This document shows positions 9,463-17,579 of a DNA stretch of 64,000 nt, in pieces. The position numbers were made by a program, and so were the translations under genes. Under the pieces are notes generated by a model. It searched no databases. It saw nothing but the letters and a program-made list of their open reading frames with translations, and was not told where the DNA came from. Within the stretch, counting starts at the first letter, position 1, and every line of letters starts with the position of its first letter. This DNA comes from Deltaproteobacteria bacterium (GTDB lineage: Bacteria > Desulfobacterota > GWC2-55-46 > JADFVP01), in assembly GCA_029262515.1 (NCBI GenBank), contig JAJCZH010000023.1, forward strand, positions 16,312 through 80,311, written 5' to 3'.

Positions 9463-9951
9463 ATGGAAGAGCTTCCTATAATTAAAGAACTGAAAGCCGA
9501 GCTTAAGAAGGTAGAGCGGGAGCTGAGGGTGGATTGCCCGCAGGAACTGCGTACCGCTGCCGCCCACGGAGACCTTAGCGAGAACGCGGAGTACGATGCC
9601 GCAAAGCAGCGGCAGAGTTTTCTTCAGGCCCGCGCAGGTCACCTCTCAAGCAGGATAACAATGTTATCGTCAATAAATTTCGATGACATTCCGCGTGACA
9701 GGGCAGGTTTCGGTTCGAAAATCAAACTCGTCGATCTCAATACCGATGCCGAGGTTGAGTATGAACTTGTTACCCCGGAGGAGGTAGACCCGCGTAACGG
9801 AAAGATATCTGTAAGCTCTCCGATAGGCGCAGCGTTATTAAATAAGGCCGAGGGTGACGAGGTGATAATTAAACTGCCGACCGGGGTCAAAGAGTACGAG
9901 GTTGTCGAGATAAAGAGCCTGCATGATCTGCTCGCAGAGGGCGGGGACTAG
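9463..9951 (+). CDS. greA: transcription elongation factor GreA
   Basis: The motif HGDLSENAEYDAAK is present. The start is set at MEELPII (ATG 9463) behind GGAGAAG. The tracked ORF start at 9193 is read-through inside the methyltransferase gene. Confidence 0.9.
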   Translation: MEELPIIKELKAELKKVERELRVDCPQELRTAAAHGDLSENAEYDAAKQRQSFLQARAGHLSSRITMLSSINFDDIPRDRAGFGSKIKLVDLNTDAEVEYELVTPEEVDPRNGKISVSSPIGAALLNKAEGDEVIIKLPTGVKEYEVVEIKSLHDLLAEGGD

Positions 9952-10029
9952 TTGGGTTACGGTAGCAGTGGTAAGGTTCTTGACACGGTTAACTACGATT
10001 AAGTTCGCAAGCGCGGCAGAAATGGAGTT

Positions 10030-10812
10030 GTGCTAATGTTTTTGAGTTTCAGGTCTATCTTCAGGGTTATTGTTACGGCATCTGTTCTCTTCTTGCTTGT
10101 CGGGCTGTTTACTGTTACGAAGGCATATTCAGCAGGCGGCGCACAATGGGATTACGACGTAGAATCGGGTCACGGGCCCGAGTACTGGGGAGATATTTCG
10201 GGAGCCTACAAGACATGTAAAGAGGGGATGAGCCAGTCTCCTATCGACCTGACAGAAGCGAGCGACGTAACGCTTCCGAAGATAGAGTTTAATTATAAGG
10301 CTACCCGGCTTAATATTATAAATAACGGTCATGCTATAGAGGTAAAGTATGACAAGGGCAGTTATATAATCGTAGACAGAGAGAAGTATAAACTTCTGCA
10401 GTTTCATTTTCATACTCCGAGCGAGCACCTGATAGACGGTGCGCCGTCTGTCATGGAGATGCACCTTGTCCATAAGTCGAACAGAGGAAAGCTCGCTGTA
10501 ATAGGTGTGCTTTTCGACATAGGGGCCGAGAATATAAACCTTGATGACATATGGGCAAACCTTCCCGAGAAGGCGAAGCAGAAGAGGTCTGTAGGTAAGA
10601 AGATTAATGTGATCGACCTTATGCCTAACTCCAAGAGTTACTATGCTTACTTCGGGTCGTTGACCACCCCACCCTGTTCGGAAGGTGTTAAGTGGTCTGT
10701 ATTGAGAACTCCTCTTGAGATATCCGAGCAGCAGGTCTCGAAGATTGAGTCTATTATCGGTCAGAACAACAGGCCGGTACAACCACTGAATGATCGTGAG
10801 TTGAAAAAGTAG
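10030..10812 (+). CDS. periplasmic alpha-class carbonic anhydrase
   Basis: Signal peptide, zinc histidines QFHFHTPSEH / EMHLVH, GSLTTPPCSEGVKW. The start could be GTG 10030 or ATG 10036. Confidence 0.9.
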   Translation: MLMFLSFRSIFRVIVTASVLFLLVGLFTVTKAYSAGGAQWDYDVESGHGPEYWGDISGAYKTCKEGMSQSPIDLTEASDVTLPKIEFNYKATRLNIINNGHAIEVKYDKGSYIIVDREKYKLLQFHFHTPSEHLIDGAPSVMEMHLVHKSNRGKLAVIGVLFDIGAENINLDDIWANLPEKAKQKRSVGKKINVIDLMPNSKSYYAYFGSLTTPPCSEGVKWSVLRTPLEISEQQVSKIESIIGQNNRPVQPLNDRELKK

Positions 10813-10901
10813 TTACCCGGCGTTGCGTCTGCTTGAGTGTGAGCCAGCACCCGTAGACTCGCTTGCTACGTGTTACCTGTTTTTTCAGGAGGCCAACTCT
10901 A

Positions 10902-11324
10902 ATGGACAAGTCTTTTATTTATGCTCTTTTAACGGCCCTAATATGGGGTTGTGCCCCGGCTCTGGAGAAGATGGGGCTCTCGGGCAAGATCGACCCTTAC
11001 ACGGGAGTCGTGATAAGGAACATTCCTGTTGCGATTATAGGTTTTGTGGGTCTGTTGATGGTCGGACGGGTCGGCTCGATAACGACCGTAGACACGAAGA
11101 GCCTTATTTTTCTGATAGCCGGAGGGCTTGTCGCGGGGCTCGTCGGGCAGTACGCCTTCTACTCTGCCCTTAAGGCCGGTCACCCGTCTGTCGTGGTTCC
11201 GATAACAGCCACCTACCCGCTTGTGGCTATGCTGATTTCCGTTCTCTTCCTAGGTGATGCCTTTACGTGGCAGAAGCTGGTTGGCGTTCTATTCGTGGTC
11301 GGCGGAGTCATACTGCTCAAGTAG
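10902..11324 (+). CDS. half-size EamA/DMT-family membrane protein
   Basis: 140 aa with about 5 TM helices and a single EamA-like domain. The start is at MDKSF behind CAGGAGG. Confidence 0.65.
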   Translation: MDKSFIYALLTALIWGCAPALEKMGLSGKIDPYTGVVIRNIPVAIIGFVGLLMVGRVGSITTVDTKSLIFLIAGGLVAGLVGQYAFYSALKAGHPSVVVPITATYPLVAMLISVLFLGDAFTWQKLVGVLFVVGGVILLK

Positions 11325-11334
11325 GCCTGTTTAC

Positions 11335-12456
11335 CTATCTCTTGAGAATGGTCTTTAGTTCGAGTACCCGCATCACGTCTCCTCTTGTAAGCATACCGAC
11401 AACCTTCCCGTTCTCTATTACCGGCGCTCTGCCGAGGCTGCCTTTAGATATCACTCTTATTGCATCGAGCAGTTCGGTACCGGGCGCAAGCAGCATCTCC
11501 GGGGTCAGGGTATCCATAGCCTCTTTAACGCTTATTTCGCCCCACTTGGCATGGCCGAGGCTCCTGATCTTTTTAAGCGTGATTATGCCGACCACCTTTG
11601 AACCGGCAAGGACCGGGAAGCTGACGTGGTGATGGATTAAGAAGTACTCCTGTATAGCCTCTTGGAGTGTAAGCCCGCCGGCAATGGAGATTACGTCCTT
11701 TGACATGATCTCTCTTACCAGTACTCCTGCGAGCGCCTGCTGGTACTGAAGCTGCCTGTAGCCGCTCTCTGCTGCCTTTTGAATAAAGAACCCGATCATA
11801 ACCGCCCAGAGTCCGCCGATGATATTGCCGGAGAAGATCTGTATGAAGCCAATGATGATAAGAAAGAGCGCAAAGCCGACGCCTATGCGGCTTGCCGCGC
11901 GCGTGGCGGTATCGATGTCACCGGTATAACCCCACCAGAGCGCGCGCAGTATGCGCCCCCCGTCGAGCGGAAAGCCCGGGATAAGGTTGAAGAGGCAGAG
12001 CATGCCGTTGACCATAGAGAGGTACGTGAGCATTGCTGCGGCTATATGATACTCAGTCTGGACGACAACCCTTGCCATGAGGTAGAAGAGCAGTGCAAGC
12101 AGAGCGCTCGCAATCGGTCCGGCAACCGCGATCTTGAATTCGACCGAAGCCTGTTCCGGCTCCTTGCTCATTTCGGCTACGCCGCCGAAGATAAAGAGCG
12201 TGATCCTCTTTATCTCAAGGCCGAGGCTGTTTGAAACGTAAGAGTGTGAAAGCTCGTGGATAAGAACGCATACGAAGATGAGCAGCGCCGAAATAAAGCC
12301 CATTGCGAGATAGGTCGATTGCGGCATTCCGGGATAGTAATACGGGAAATAACCGTAAGAGAGGCTCCACCCGAAGATCACAAAGACGATGAACCACGAG
12401 TAGTCTATAGCTATCTCGATGCCGAGCAGGCGGAAGAGTTTGATACCCTTTGTCAT
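11335..12456 (-). CDS. site-2 protease (peptidase M50) with C-terminal CBS pair
   Basis: HELSHS zinc motif within a TM helix, polytopic N-terminal half, two CBS-like repeats at the C-terminus. Confidence 0.85.
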   Translation of the reverse strand: MTKGIKLFRLLGIEIAIDYSWFIVFVIFGWSLSYGYFPYYYPGMPQSTYLAMGFISALLIFVCVLIHELSHSYVSNSLGLEIKRITLFIFGGVAEMSKEPEQASVEFKIAVAGPIASALLALLFYLMARVVVQTEYHIAAAMLTYLSMVNGMLCLFNLIPGFPLDGGRILRALWWGYTGDIDTATRAASRIGVGFALFLIIIGFIQIFSGNIIGGLWAVMIGFFIQKAAESGYRQLQYQQALAGVLVREIMSKDVISIAGGLTLQEAIQEYFLIHHHVSFPVLAGSKVVGIITLKKIRSLGHAKWGEISVKEAMDTLTPEMLLAPGTELLDAIRVISKGSLGRAPVIENGKVVGMLTRGDVMRVLELKTILKR

Positions 12457-12493
12457 CTATTCTCCGTTCCGGCCTGGGCCGTTGTCTCTTCTG

Positions 12494-12802
12494 TTATTTC
12501 TCTATCTTCCTGTCGAGAACGGCTTCGATCGCGTCGAGCTTAGCTTCCATGCGTCCGGCAGGTTTTGCGGGCCTTACGTCAATGTTTATGCGCGACGTTA
12601 CTCTCGGTGCCTGTTTCAGGGCTTCGTCGTGGCATTTCTTGATCAGGCCCATAACCTCATCCCAGTCACCCTCTACCACCGTACCCATAGGGTTTGTCCT
12701 GTAGCTCAGGCCGCTTTCGTCAACTAGGCGTATCACCTCTGCAACCGATTTGCTTAAACTCTCTCCTGTGCCAAGAGGTACTATGCTGAACTCTGCGATC
12801 AT
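12494..12802 (-). CDS. MTH1187/YkoF-like (UPF0045) thiamine-binding-fold protein
   Basis: AEFSIVPLGTGESLS...NPMGTVVEGDWDEV is the family signature. Size is 102 aa. Confidence 0.8.
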   Translation of the reverse strand: MIAEFSIVPLGTGESLSKSVAEVIRLVDESGLSYRTNPMGTVVEGDWDEVMGLIKKCHDEALKQAPRVTSRINIDVRPAKPAGRMEAKLDAIEAVLDRKIEK

Positions 12803-12824
12803 GTCTCCAACTCCTCTATTCTCT

Positions 12825-13841
12825 TTAAGTAAAGAGCCCGTCTACAGGGCTCTTGCATTCTGGGCATCTGCCCTCTGAAATTCTGTTCTTTACGATCTTG
12901 AAGCCGAACCGTTCTATCAGTTGCGCTTTACAAGAGTAGCAGTAGGTGGACTCGCCGTCCATACCCGGAATATTACCGGTGTAGACGTACCTGAGCCCCT
13001 CTTCCAATCCTATCTCTCGTGCGCGAATTAACGTAGCCGGCGGTGTCGGAGAGGAGTCGAGCAGCTTGTAGGTCGGGTAGAAGGCACTCACATGCCACGG
13101 CATCGAGTTGTCTGTACTCGCTATCCAGCGCGCGATTTCCCTCAGTTCCTCTTCCGAATCGTTGTAGCCGGGTATTATAAGGGTTGTTACCTCTACCCAG
13201 ATGCCTGCGGCCCTTAAGTACTCTATGCTCTTGAGCACCGGAGCGAGTCTTGCCCCGCATACCTTTTTGTAAAAGTCTTCGGTAAAGGCCTTTATATCTA
13301 CATTGGCCGCGTCGATCACTCCTGTCATTTCAGCAATGCACTCTTTGGTCATAAAGCCGTTTGTTACAAAGAGGTTCTTGATGCCGCGCTTGTGCGCGAG
13401 CCGTGCGGTATCATATGCGTATTCAAAGAAGATAGTTGGCTCGGTATAGGTATAAGCTATTGAGGCACAGCCCGAAGCACTCACCTTTTCTACTATCTCT
13501 TCGGGTGTTGTAGGCGTGCCGACGATTCTATTTCCTTCTTTAGATTTAGGCATCTGCGAAATGTTGAAGTTCTGGCAGTGGAGGCAGCGGAAGTTGCAGC
13601 CGACGGTAGAGACCGAGTAGGAGCTGCTGCCTGGCAGGTAATGGAAGAAAGGTTTCTTCTCTATAGGATCGATAGCTTCTGCGATCAGGGAGCCGTATAC
13701 GAGCGTCCTTAGAGTACCGTCACTGTTTTCCCGCACGCCGCAGAGACCTTTGTGACCATTCTTTATGTGGCACCTGTGAGAGCAGAGCAGGCACTCTACG
13801 TTTTTGTCGTTGAGCTTTTTATAGAGTCGCGCTTCTTTCAT
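12825..13841 (-). CDS. AmmeMemoRadiSam-system-type radical SAM enzyme
   Basis: CNFRCLHCQN (Cx3Cx2C), N-terminal C..C..C..GLCGVR motif, C-terminal CYSC...CPEC zinc ribbon. The start is set at MKEARLYKKL (13841). Confidence 0.8.
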   Translation of the reverse strand: MKEARLYKKLNDKNVECLLCSHRCHIKNGHKGLCGVRENSDGTLRTLVYGSLIAEAIDPIEKKPFFHYLPGSSSYSVSTVGCNFRCLHCQNFNISQMPKSKEGNRIVGTPTTPEEIVEKVSASGCASIAYTYTEPTIFFEYAYDTARLAHKRGIKNLFVTNGFMTKECIAEMTGVIDAANVDIKAFTEDFYKKVCGARLAPVLKSIEYLRAAGIWVEVTTLIIPGYNDSEEELREIARWIASTDNSMPWHVSAFYPTYKLLDSSPTPPATLIRAREIGLEEGLRYVYTGNIPGMDGESTYCYSCKAQLIERFGFKIVKNRISEGRCPECKSPVDGLFT

Positions 13842-13870
13842 GGTTGTTACTCGCTTTTGTGCTCTTGAGT

Positions 13871-14368
13871 TCAGCGCGTCCAGACGACTCGTGTTACCTT
13901 GGTATCCGCGCTCCACTTATACTCCACCGTACCGTTGTACGCCTTCTGTATTAATTGTCCGAGTCTCTGGGCGAACTTGTCGGTAGTGGTTGTCACCTCG
14001 ATTATTCCGCTCCGTTTAGTCTTTATCTCCATTATACGGCTGAGCGGATTGTAGTAGATTGCCCGTTTCTCTCTGTTCTTTATCATACAGATAAGTTCGT
14101 CGTGGTTCTTCTTTACGAATTCACCTTTGAGCGTCACAAAGCCTTCGGCAAAGCCGTCCTTTATCTTCTGGCATGCGGGGCAGGTGAACTTGTGCCCTTT
14201 TTTTTGTGATGCCATCTTTGCCGCCCTCTCAGACAGGCTCCATCTCTTGTTGTGATAAATTGCCGAACATTTATTGCAGACGGCCATATCTCCCGGCGGA
14301 ACCTTTGCAAGGTAGGGATCTTTAGCGGTATCGATAGCTTTTTTTCTAGCAGTTCGGTGTGGTGACAT
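13871..14368 (-). CDS. BCAM0308-like conserved protein (CxxC...CxxC plus C-terminal TTTD..W.R domain)
   Basis: CNKCSAIYHNKRW and CPACQKI are followed by ITTTTDKFAQRLG...VVWTR. The start is at MSPHRT behind GGAAGGAG. The family assignment comes from memory of the sequence pattern. Confidence 0.5.
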   Translation of the reverse strand: MSPHRTARKKAIDTAKDPYLAKVPPGDMAVCNKCSAIYHNKRWSLSERAAKMASQKKGHKFTCPACQKIKDGFAEGFVTLKGEFVKKNHDELICMIKNREKRAIYYNPLSRIMEIKTKRSGIIEVTTTTDKFAQRLGQLIQKAYNGTVEYKWSADTKVTRVVWTR

Positions 14369-14640
14369 GGCGGCTCCTTCCTTGGCTTGAGTGTTGAGTC
14401 GTATGCACAAAGGTCATAAATAGCTCGGCGTCTCTGTATGCAAGCACGCTTACTCCTTTATCATACCATACTTTATTGGGTACGATACTGTCCGGTCTTC
14501 GCAAGGTTATTTTGTTAATTGTTCGATTAGAAGTGTTGCGGGCATAAGTGCTTACGGGATTGGGGTCATGAACTCTCTGGAACAGAAGTATGAAGTATAT
14601 GGTTGATCGGGGGGCTTTGGAATTGTTCGTAGTCACTGTA

Positions 14641-14666
14641 CGGCAAGCCCCGTATGGGGCTTGCCG
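14641..14666 (-). terminator. GC-rich hairpin downstream of the DUF948-YtxH pair
   Basis: Perfect 11-bp arms CGGCAAGCCCC / GGGGCTTGCCG with a 4-nt loop. No clear U-tract follows. Confidence 0.4.
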
Positions 14667-14688
14667 AGGTATCGGACAAGCAAGTGTT

Positions 14689-14994
14689 TTATGCGTTTTC
14701 GTTGAAGAACTTTGTCTTGCTCTTGTTATATGTCTCTTTTCCAGCACTGTAAGCGCTCTTGAAGTCATTGCCCTTTTCATCAAGCAGTTCTTTTACCGTG
14801 CCGGAAGAGTTGGAGAAGCGATCTTTGGCGTCCTGTATCTTGTCTTTGGCCCAATCCTCAGCACCTTCCATGCCGTCTCTGAGTCTCTTGCGTGTTTCGT
14901 AACCGGAATCCGGGGCGTAGAGCAGCGCTATACCGGCTCCGATAATTCCGCCTAGAGCAAAGGCTAAAAGTGTGCTTGTCTTTTCACTCGACAT
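14689..14994 (-). CDS. YtxH-domain protein
   Basis: N-terminal TM/glycine segment LAFALGGIIGAGIALLYAP followed by a K/E-rich helix. Confidence 0.7.
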   Translation of the reverse strand: MSSEKTSTLLAFALGGIIGAGIALLYAPDSGYETRKRLRDGMEGAEDWAKDKIQDAKDRFSNSSGTVKELLDEKGNDFKSAYSAGKETYNKSKTKFFNENA

Positions 14995-15373
14995 CGGTCT
15001 CTCCTTCGTTCTTCTCGTTTTTGTTTTTTACCAGCTGTTTCATGCCCACTTCAAGGCCGAGCAGCAGGCTGAGCAGGGTTACCAGCGGGTTTCTTACCGA
15101 ATCGACAACAAGTTCGCCCAGATTCCCCGCTTTTAGCCCTACGTCTCTAAATTTATGGAGTACCGATTCAAACTCTCCGGCTTGATCCCCGGTCCTTTTA
15201 AGCAGCCCGTTGAGGGTCTCTACGCCTTTGCGGCCCTCTTTTGAGAGCTCCTCAACCGCCTTGACGGTTCGTTTGAGCTGTAGTAGCGCGGGAATTGAGA
15301 CAATAACCAACACGAGAAAGGCTAATGCGATTATCAGTATGGCTATTTCATAGAGCTCGGCTGAAATGGTCAT
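14984..15373 (-). CDS. DUF948-domain protein
   Basis: N-terminal TM helix followed by a coiled segment (LLQLKRTVKAVEELS). It overlaps ytxH by 11 nt. Confidence 0.7.
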   Translation of the reverse strand: MTISAELYEIAILIIALAFLVLVIVSIPALLQLKRTVKAVEELSKEGRKGVETLNGLLKRTGDQAGEFESVLHKFRDVGLKAGNLGELVVDSVRNPLVTLLSLLLGLEVGMKQLVKNKNEKNEGETDVE

Positions 15374-15490
15374 ATTCCCTTGTCCTGCGTTCTGTTTATT
15401 TCCCGGTTGTTGGTAAAGTTCTTAAAGTGTTCATATTATATGTTTTTTTTAGAGGAAATGGAAAGCGAAAAATTCAAAAAAAATTCCTTC

Positions 15491-15519
15491 TTGACTCTTC
15501 AGATATATTTCTATAAAAT
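15491..15519 (+). promoter_or_regulatory. sigma70-type promoter about 200 nt upstream of the 15720 gene
   Basis: TTGACT, 17-nt spacer, TAAAAT. Confidence 0.4.
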
Positions 15520-15719
15520 TTTCTCTTGAAGTCGTTTTTTTACTGGTCGCCCCTGGTGGCCAAGCGTAACGGAGCGAACTGCTTGTCATTAACACAATGC
15601 AGGATGAAGCCTGAACGGGAGCGCTCTGCTTTGTATTCAACACTTGCATTCAGAATTCGGAAATGGTACGTTTAAGGTAACATTAGTTATAGTTTTCAAG
15701 GCAATTAAACGGGTAGTAT

Positions 15720-16112
15720 ATGAATTTTATTAAGAAAGTAACTGTAGCGGCGCTTCTGGTCACATTTATGGCATTCTCTTCTTCCGCCTCTGCGGAGGAG
15801 ACTATGCAGCACACCATGCAGAGCACGCTTTACGGTGGTGTTATCGGAGCCCTGCTCGGTGGAGCACTGGTATTGTTGAGTGACAAACCAGAAGATAACC
15901 TCAGTTATGTCGCTTCCGGAGCCGGAGTCGGACTTCTGATAGGCGCTGCTTACGGTGTCGCTTCAAGCGGCGTGGTTGAATCTTTAGGAGAGGTGGAAGA
16001 TGGCAAGTTTAAGTTCGGCCTACCGTTACTTAAAAGAAAGACTGTTTTTAATAAAAATGTTAATCGCTACGACGTAACAAGCGAGATCTCTCTGCTGAAG
16101 TTCAAGTTTTAG
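15720..16112 (+). CDS. secreted glycine-zipper protein, unknown function
   Basis: Signal peptide, two GxxxG-rich hydrophobic stretches, C-terminal ...LLKFKF. Confidence 0.5.
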   Translation: MNFIKKVTVAALLVTFMAFSSSASAEETMQHTMQSTLYGGVIGALLGGALVLLSDKPEDNLSYVASGAGVGLLIGAAYGVASSGVVESLGEVEDGKFKFGLPLLKRKTVFNKNVNRYDVTSEISLLKFKF

Positions 16113-16132
16113 CTCAACCTGTTATTATTCTT

Positions 16133-16165
16133 AAAACCCTGTTCATGTAAGTGGACGGGGTTTTT
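16133..16165. terminator. bidirectional terminator (for the 15720 gene and for selC)
   Basis: AAAACCCTGT, 12-nt loop, ACGGGGTTTTT. Confidence 0.55.
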
Positions 16166-16217
16166 GTATTTTGGAGGTATTTTGCTCGACAGGTGGGAGA
16201 GTGTATCTGAGAGAGTA

Positions 16218-16313
16218 TGGCGGAAGAGGGCCGGAGTCGAACCGACCAGTCCCCTTTACAGACGACAGACAGGTTTTGAAGACCTGCAGGGCCACCGGGC
16301 CCTGTCCTCTTCC
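16218..16313 (-). tRNA. selC: tRNA-Sec (anticodon UCA)
   Basis: The 96-nt sequence GGAAGAGGAC-AGGGCC-CGGT-GGCCCT-G-CAGGT-CTTCAAA-ACCTG...GGTTCGACTCC...CCTCTTCC-G-CCA has an 8-bp acceptor stem, a 6-bp D stem with a 4-nt loop, a long variable arm and an encoded CCA. Confidence 0.9.
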
Positions 16314-16327
16314 ATATCTATTAATTT

Positions 16328-16367
16328 AAAAAAAGGGCTTTGGACCGTTTTGCCGGTTCCAAGCCCT
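16328..16367 (-). terminator. hairpin plus U7 immediately upstream of selC
   Basis: On the minus strand: GGGCTTGGAACCG, 6-nt loop, CGGTCCAAAGCCC (imperfect), then TTTTTTT. Confidence 0.45.
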
Positions 16368-16381
16368 CTGAAGTTGAAGTG

Positions 16382-16612
16382 TTAAAAAAGAGCAGGTATT
16401 GTTCGGTCTGCTTTTTTCCAATCCGCCGATCTTTCGGAGCAACCTGTCTTTATCTCTCCCGCATTCCCCGCCGTGAGGTAATGAAAAATTGCGGCTTGAT
16501 GAGAGATGCGAACTGTTATCTTTACTGCTTTGCTCCTCGAAACCTCCTTAAGTGGTTTGTACGCACCCTGCGGATGGGTATCATGTATACGTGCTTTCAG
16601 TCCAAACAACAC
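16382..16612 (-). other. candidate small transcript: either a 76-codon basic ORF (GTG start) or a roughly 240-nt sRNA
   Basis: The unit is bracketed by a consensus-like promoter (16639-16666) and an A/U-flanked hairpin (16384-16417). The ORF's stop codon lies inside the terminator U-run. I recognise no family. Confidence 0.3.
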
Positions 16613-16638
16613 CTGTTTTACTTCTCATCCCTACCTAT

Positions 16639-16666
16639 ATTATACCACTATATTCAATTGGCACAA
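16639..16666 (-). promoter_or_regulatory. sigma70-type promoter for the small unit upstream of selC
   Basis: On the minus strand: TTGTGC, 16-nt spacer, extended -10 TGgTATAAT (perfect TATAAT). Confidence 0.45.
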
Positions 16667-16703
16667 TAGTAAACAGGGCTTTTAGTCGCGGGTTTTTTTC
16701 AAA

Positions 16704-17579
16704 TCACATAGGAGAATCGTGACGCGTCTTCCACCTTCTGTGCACCCAGAACCATTGCTCCGGATACGTTTTGATCATCTCTTCGATGGCCCGCGTCATA
16801 ATGGCCGTATTCTCCACCATATCATCTTCCTTGTTTCCTGTATTAACGAGTTTAAGCGGCTCTTTAATAATAACACGGTGTGTCATGTTGTCGCGAATAA
16901 TGAATGTAGGAAGGACTGTGGTAGAACTTGCCGAGGCGAGGAGCGCAGGTCCTTTGTTGGTGCAGGCGCTGCGCCCCAGAAAATCTACAAAAACCCCCTC
17001 GCGTCTGGTTACGTTCTGGTCGAGCAGTATGCCGACATTGCCGTTCTTTTTCAAGGCGCGCATGAGCCTGAGCATGGCCTTGCTCTTGTGTACGGAGTTG
17101 TTGCCGGAGCTGGTTCTGACCCAGGCAATGAAGTTGTCGAAGACCGGGTGGTCGGGATTACGCACCACCACCTCAAGCGGAAAGCCGATCAGCCCGAGCG
17201 TTGCGCCTAGCAGCTCCCAGTTTCCGAAGTGTGCCGTGCAGATTATCGTTCCCTTTCCACTGGCATGGGCCGTTTCAAGGTGCTCGAGACCCTCTATCTC
17301 GACATAACCTTTAAGGTCCGAAGCCTTGAGCCACGGTAACCTCATGAATTCGAGAAAATTGAGCGCAAGGTTTATGAATGTGCCGAGGGCGATTATCCGC
17401 ACTTCTTCCTCACTGACTTGTTCTTTGAATGATTGCCGAATATTATCGTACGCGGTCTCACGGTGCCTGCGGGCGAACCTGAACATAACCGCTCCGAGCA
17501 GACGGCCCATGGGCAGCAGCATGAAGTGTGGGACGTGGCCGACAATCATGGCGACTAGTTTTAACAGAAAAAGTTTCAT
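16704..17579 (-). CDS. lipid A biosynthesis late acyltransferase (LpxL/HtrB family)
   Basis: HFGNWE catalytic motif and the usual 290-aa size. ATGA overlap with lpxK. Confidence 0.8.
   Translation of the reverse strand: MKLFLLKLVAMIVGHVPHFMLLPMGRLLGAVMFRFARRHRETAYDNIRQSFKEQVSEEEVRIIALGTFINLALNFLEFMRLPWLKASDLKGYVEIEGLEHLETAHASGKGTIICTAHFGNWELLGATLGLIGFPLEVVVRNPDHPVFDNFIAWVRTSSGNNSVHKSKAMLRLMRALKKNGNVGILLDQNVTRREGVFVDFLGRSACTNKGPALLASASSTTVLPTFIIRDNMTHRVIIKEPLKLVNTGNKEDDMVENTAIMTRAIEEMIKTYPEQWFWVHRRWKTRHDSPM

Noticed and set aside
10129-10782. A 217-codon ORF that is fully antisense to the carbonic anhydrase gene, considered as a possible overlapping or nested gene.
   Set aside because: It is exactly codon-aligned with the sense gene. 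Its stops would correspond to the sense codons TTA, CTA and TCA, so it stays open simply because those codons are avoided. The same alignment explains other long antisense ORFs in the track, for example 27234-27764 opposite skp. It has no SD and no recognisable product.
14346-14447. A 35-codon upstream ORF (AAAGGAG-N5-GTG) that overlaps the start of the BCAM0308-like gene, considered as a possible leader peptide.
   Set aside because: The candidate -10 hexamers lie so close that the SD may not be transcribed, and the peptide has no notable composition. The evidence is too weak to call.
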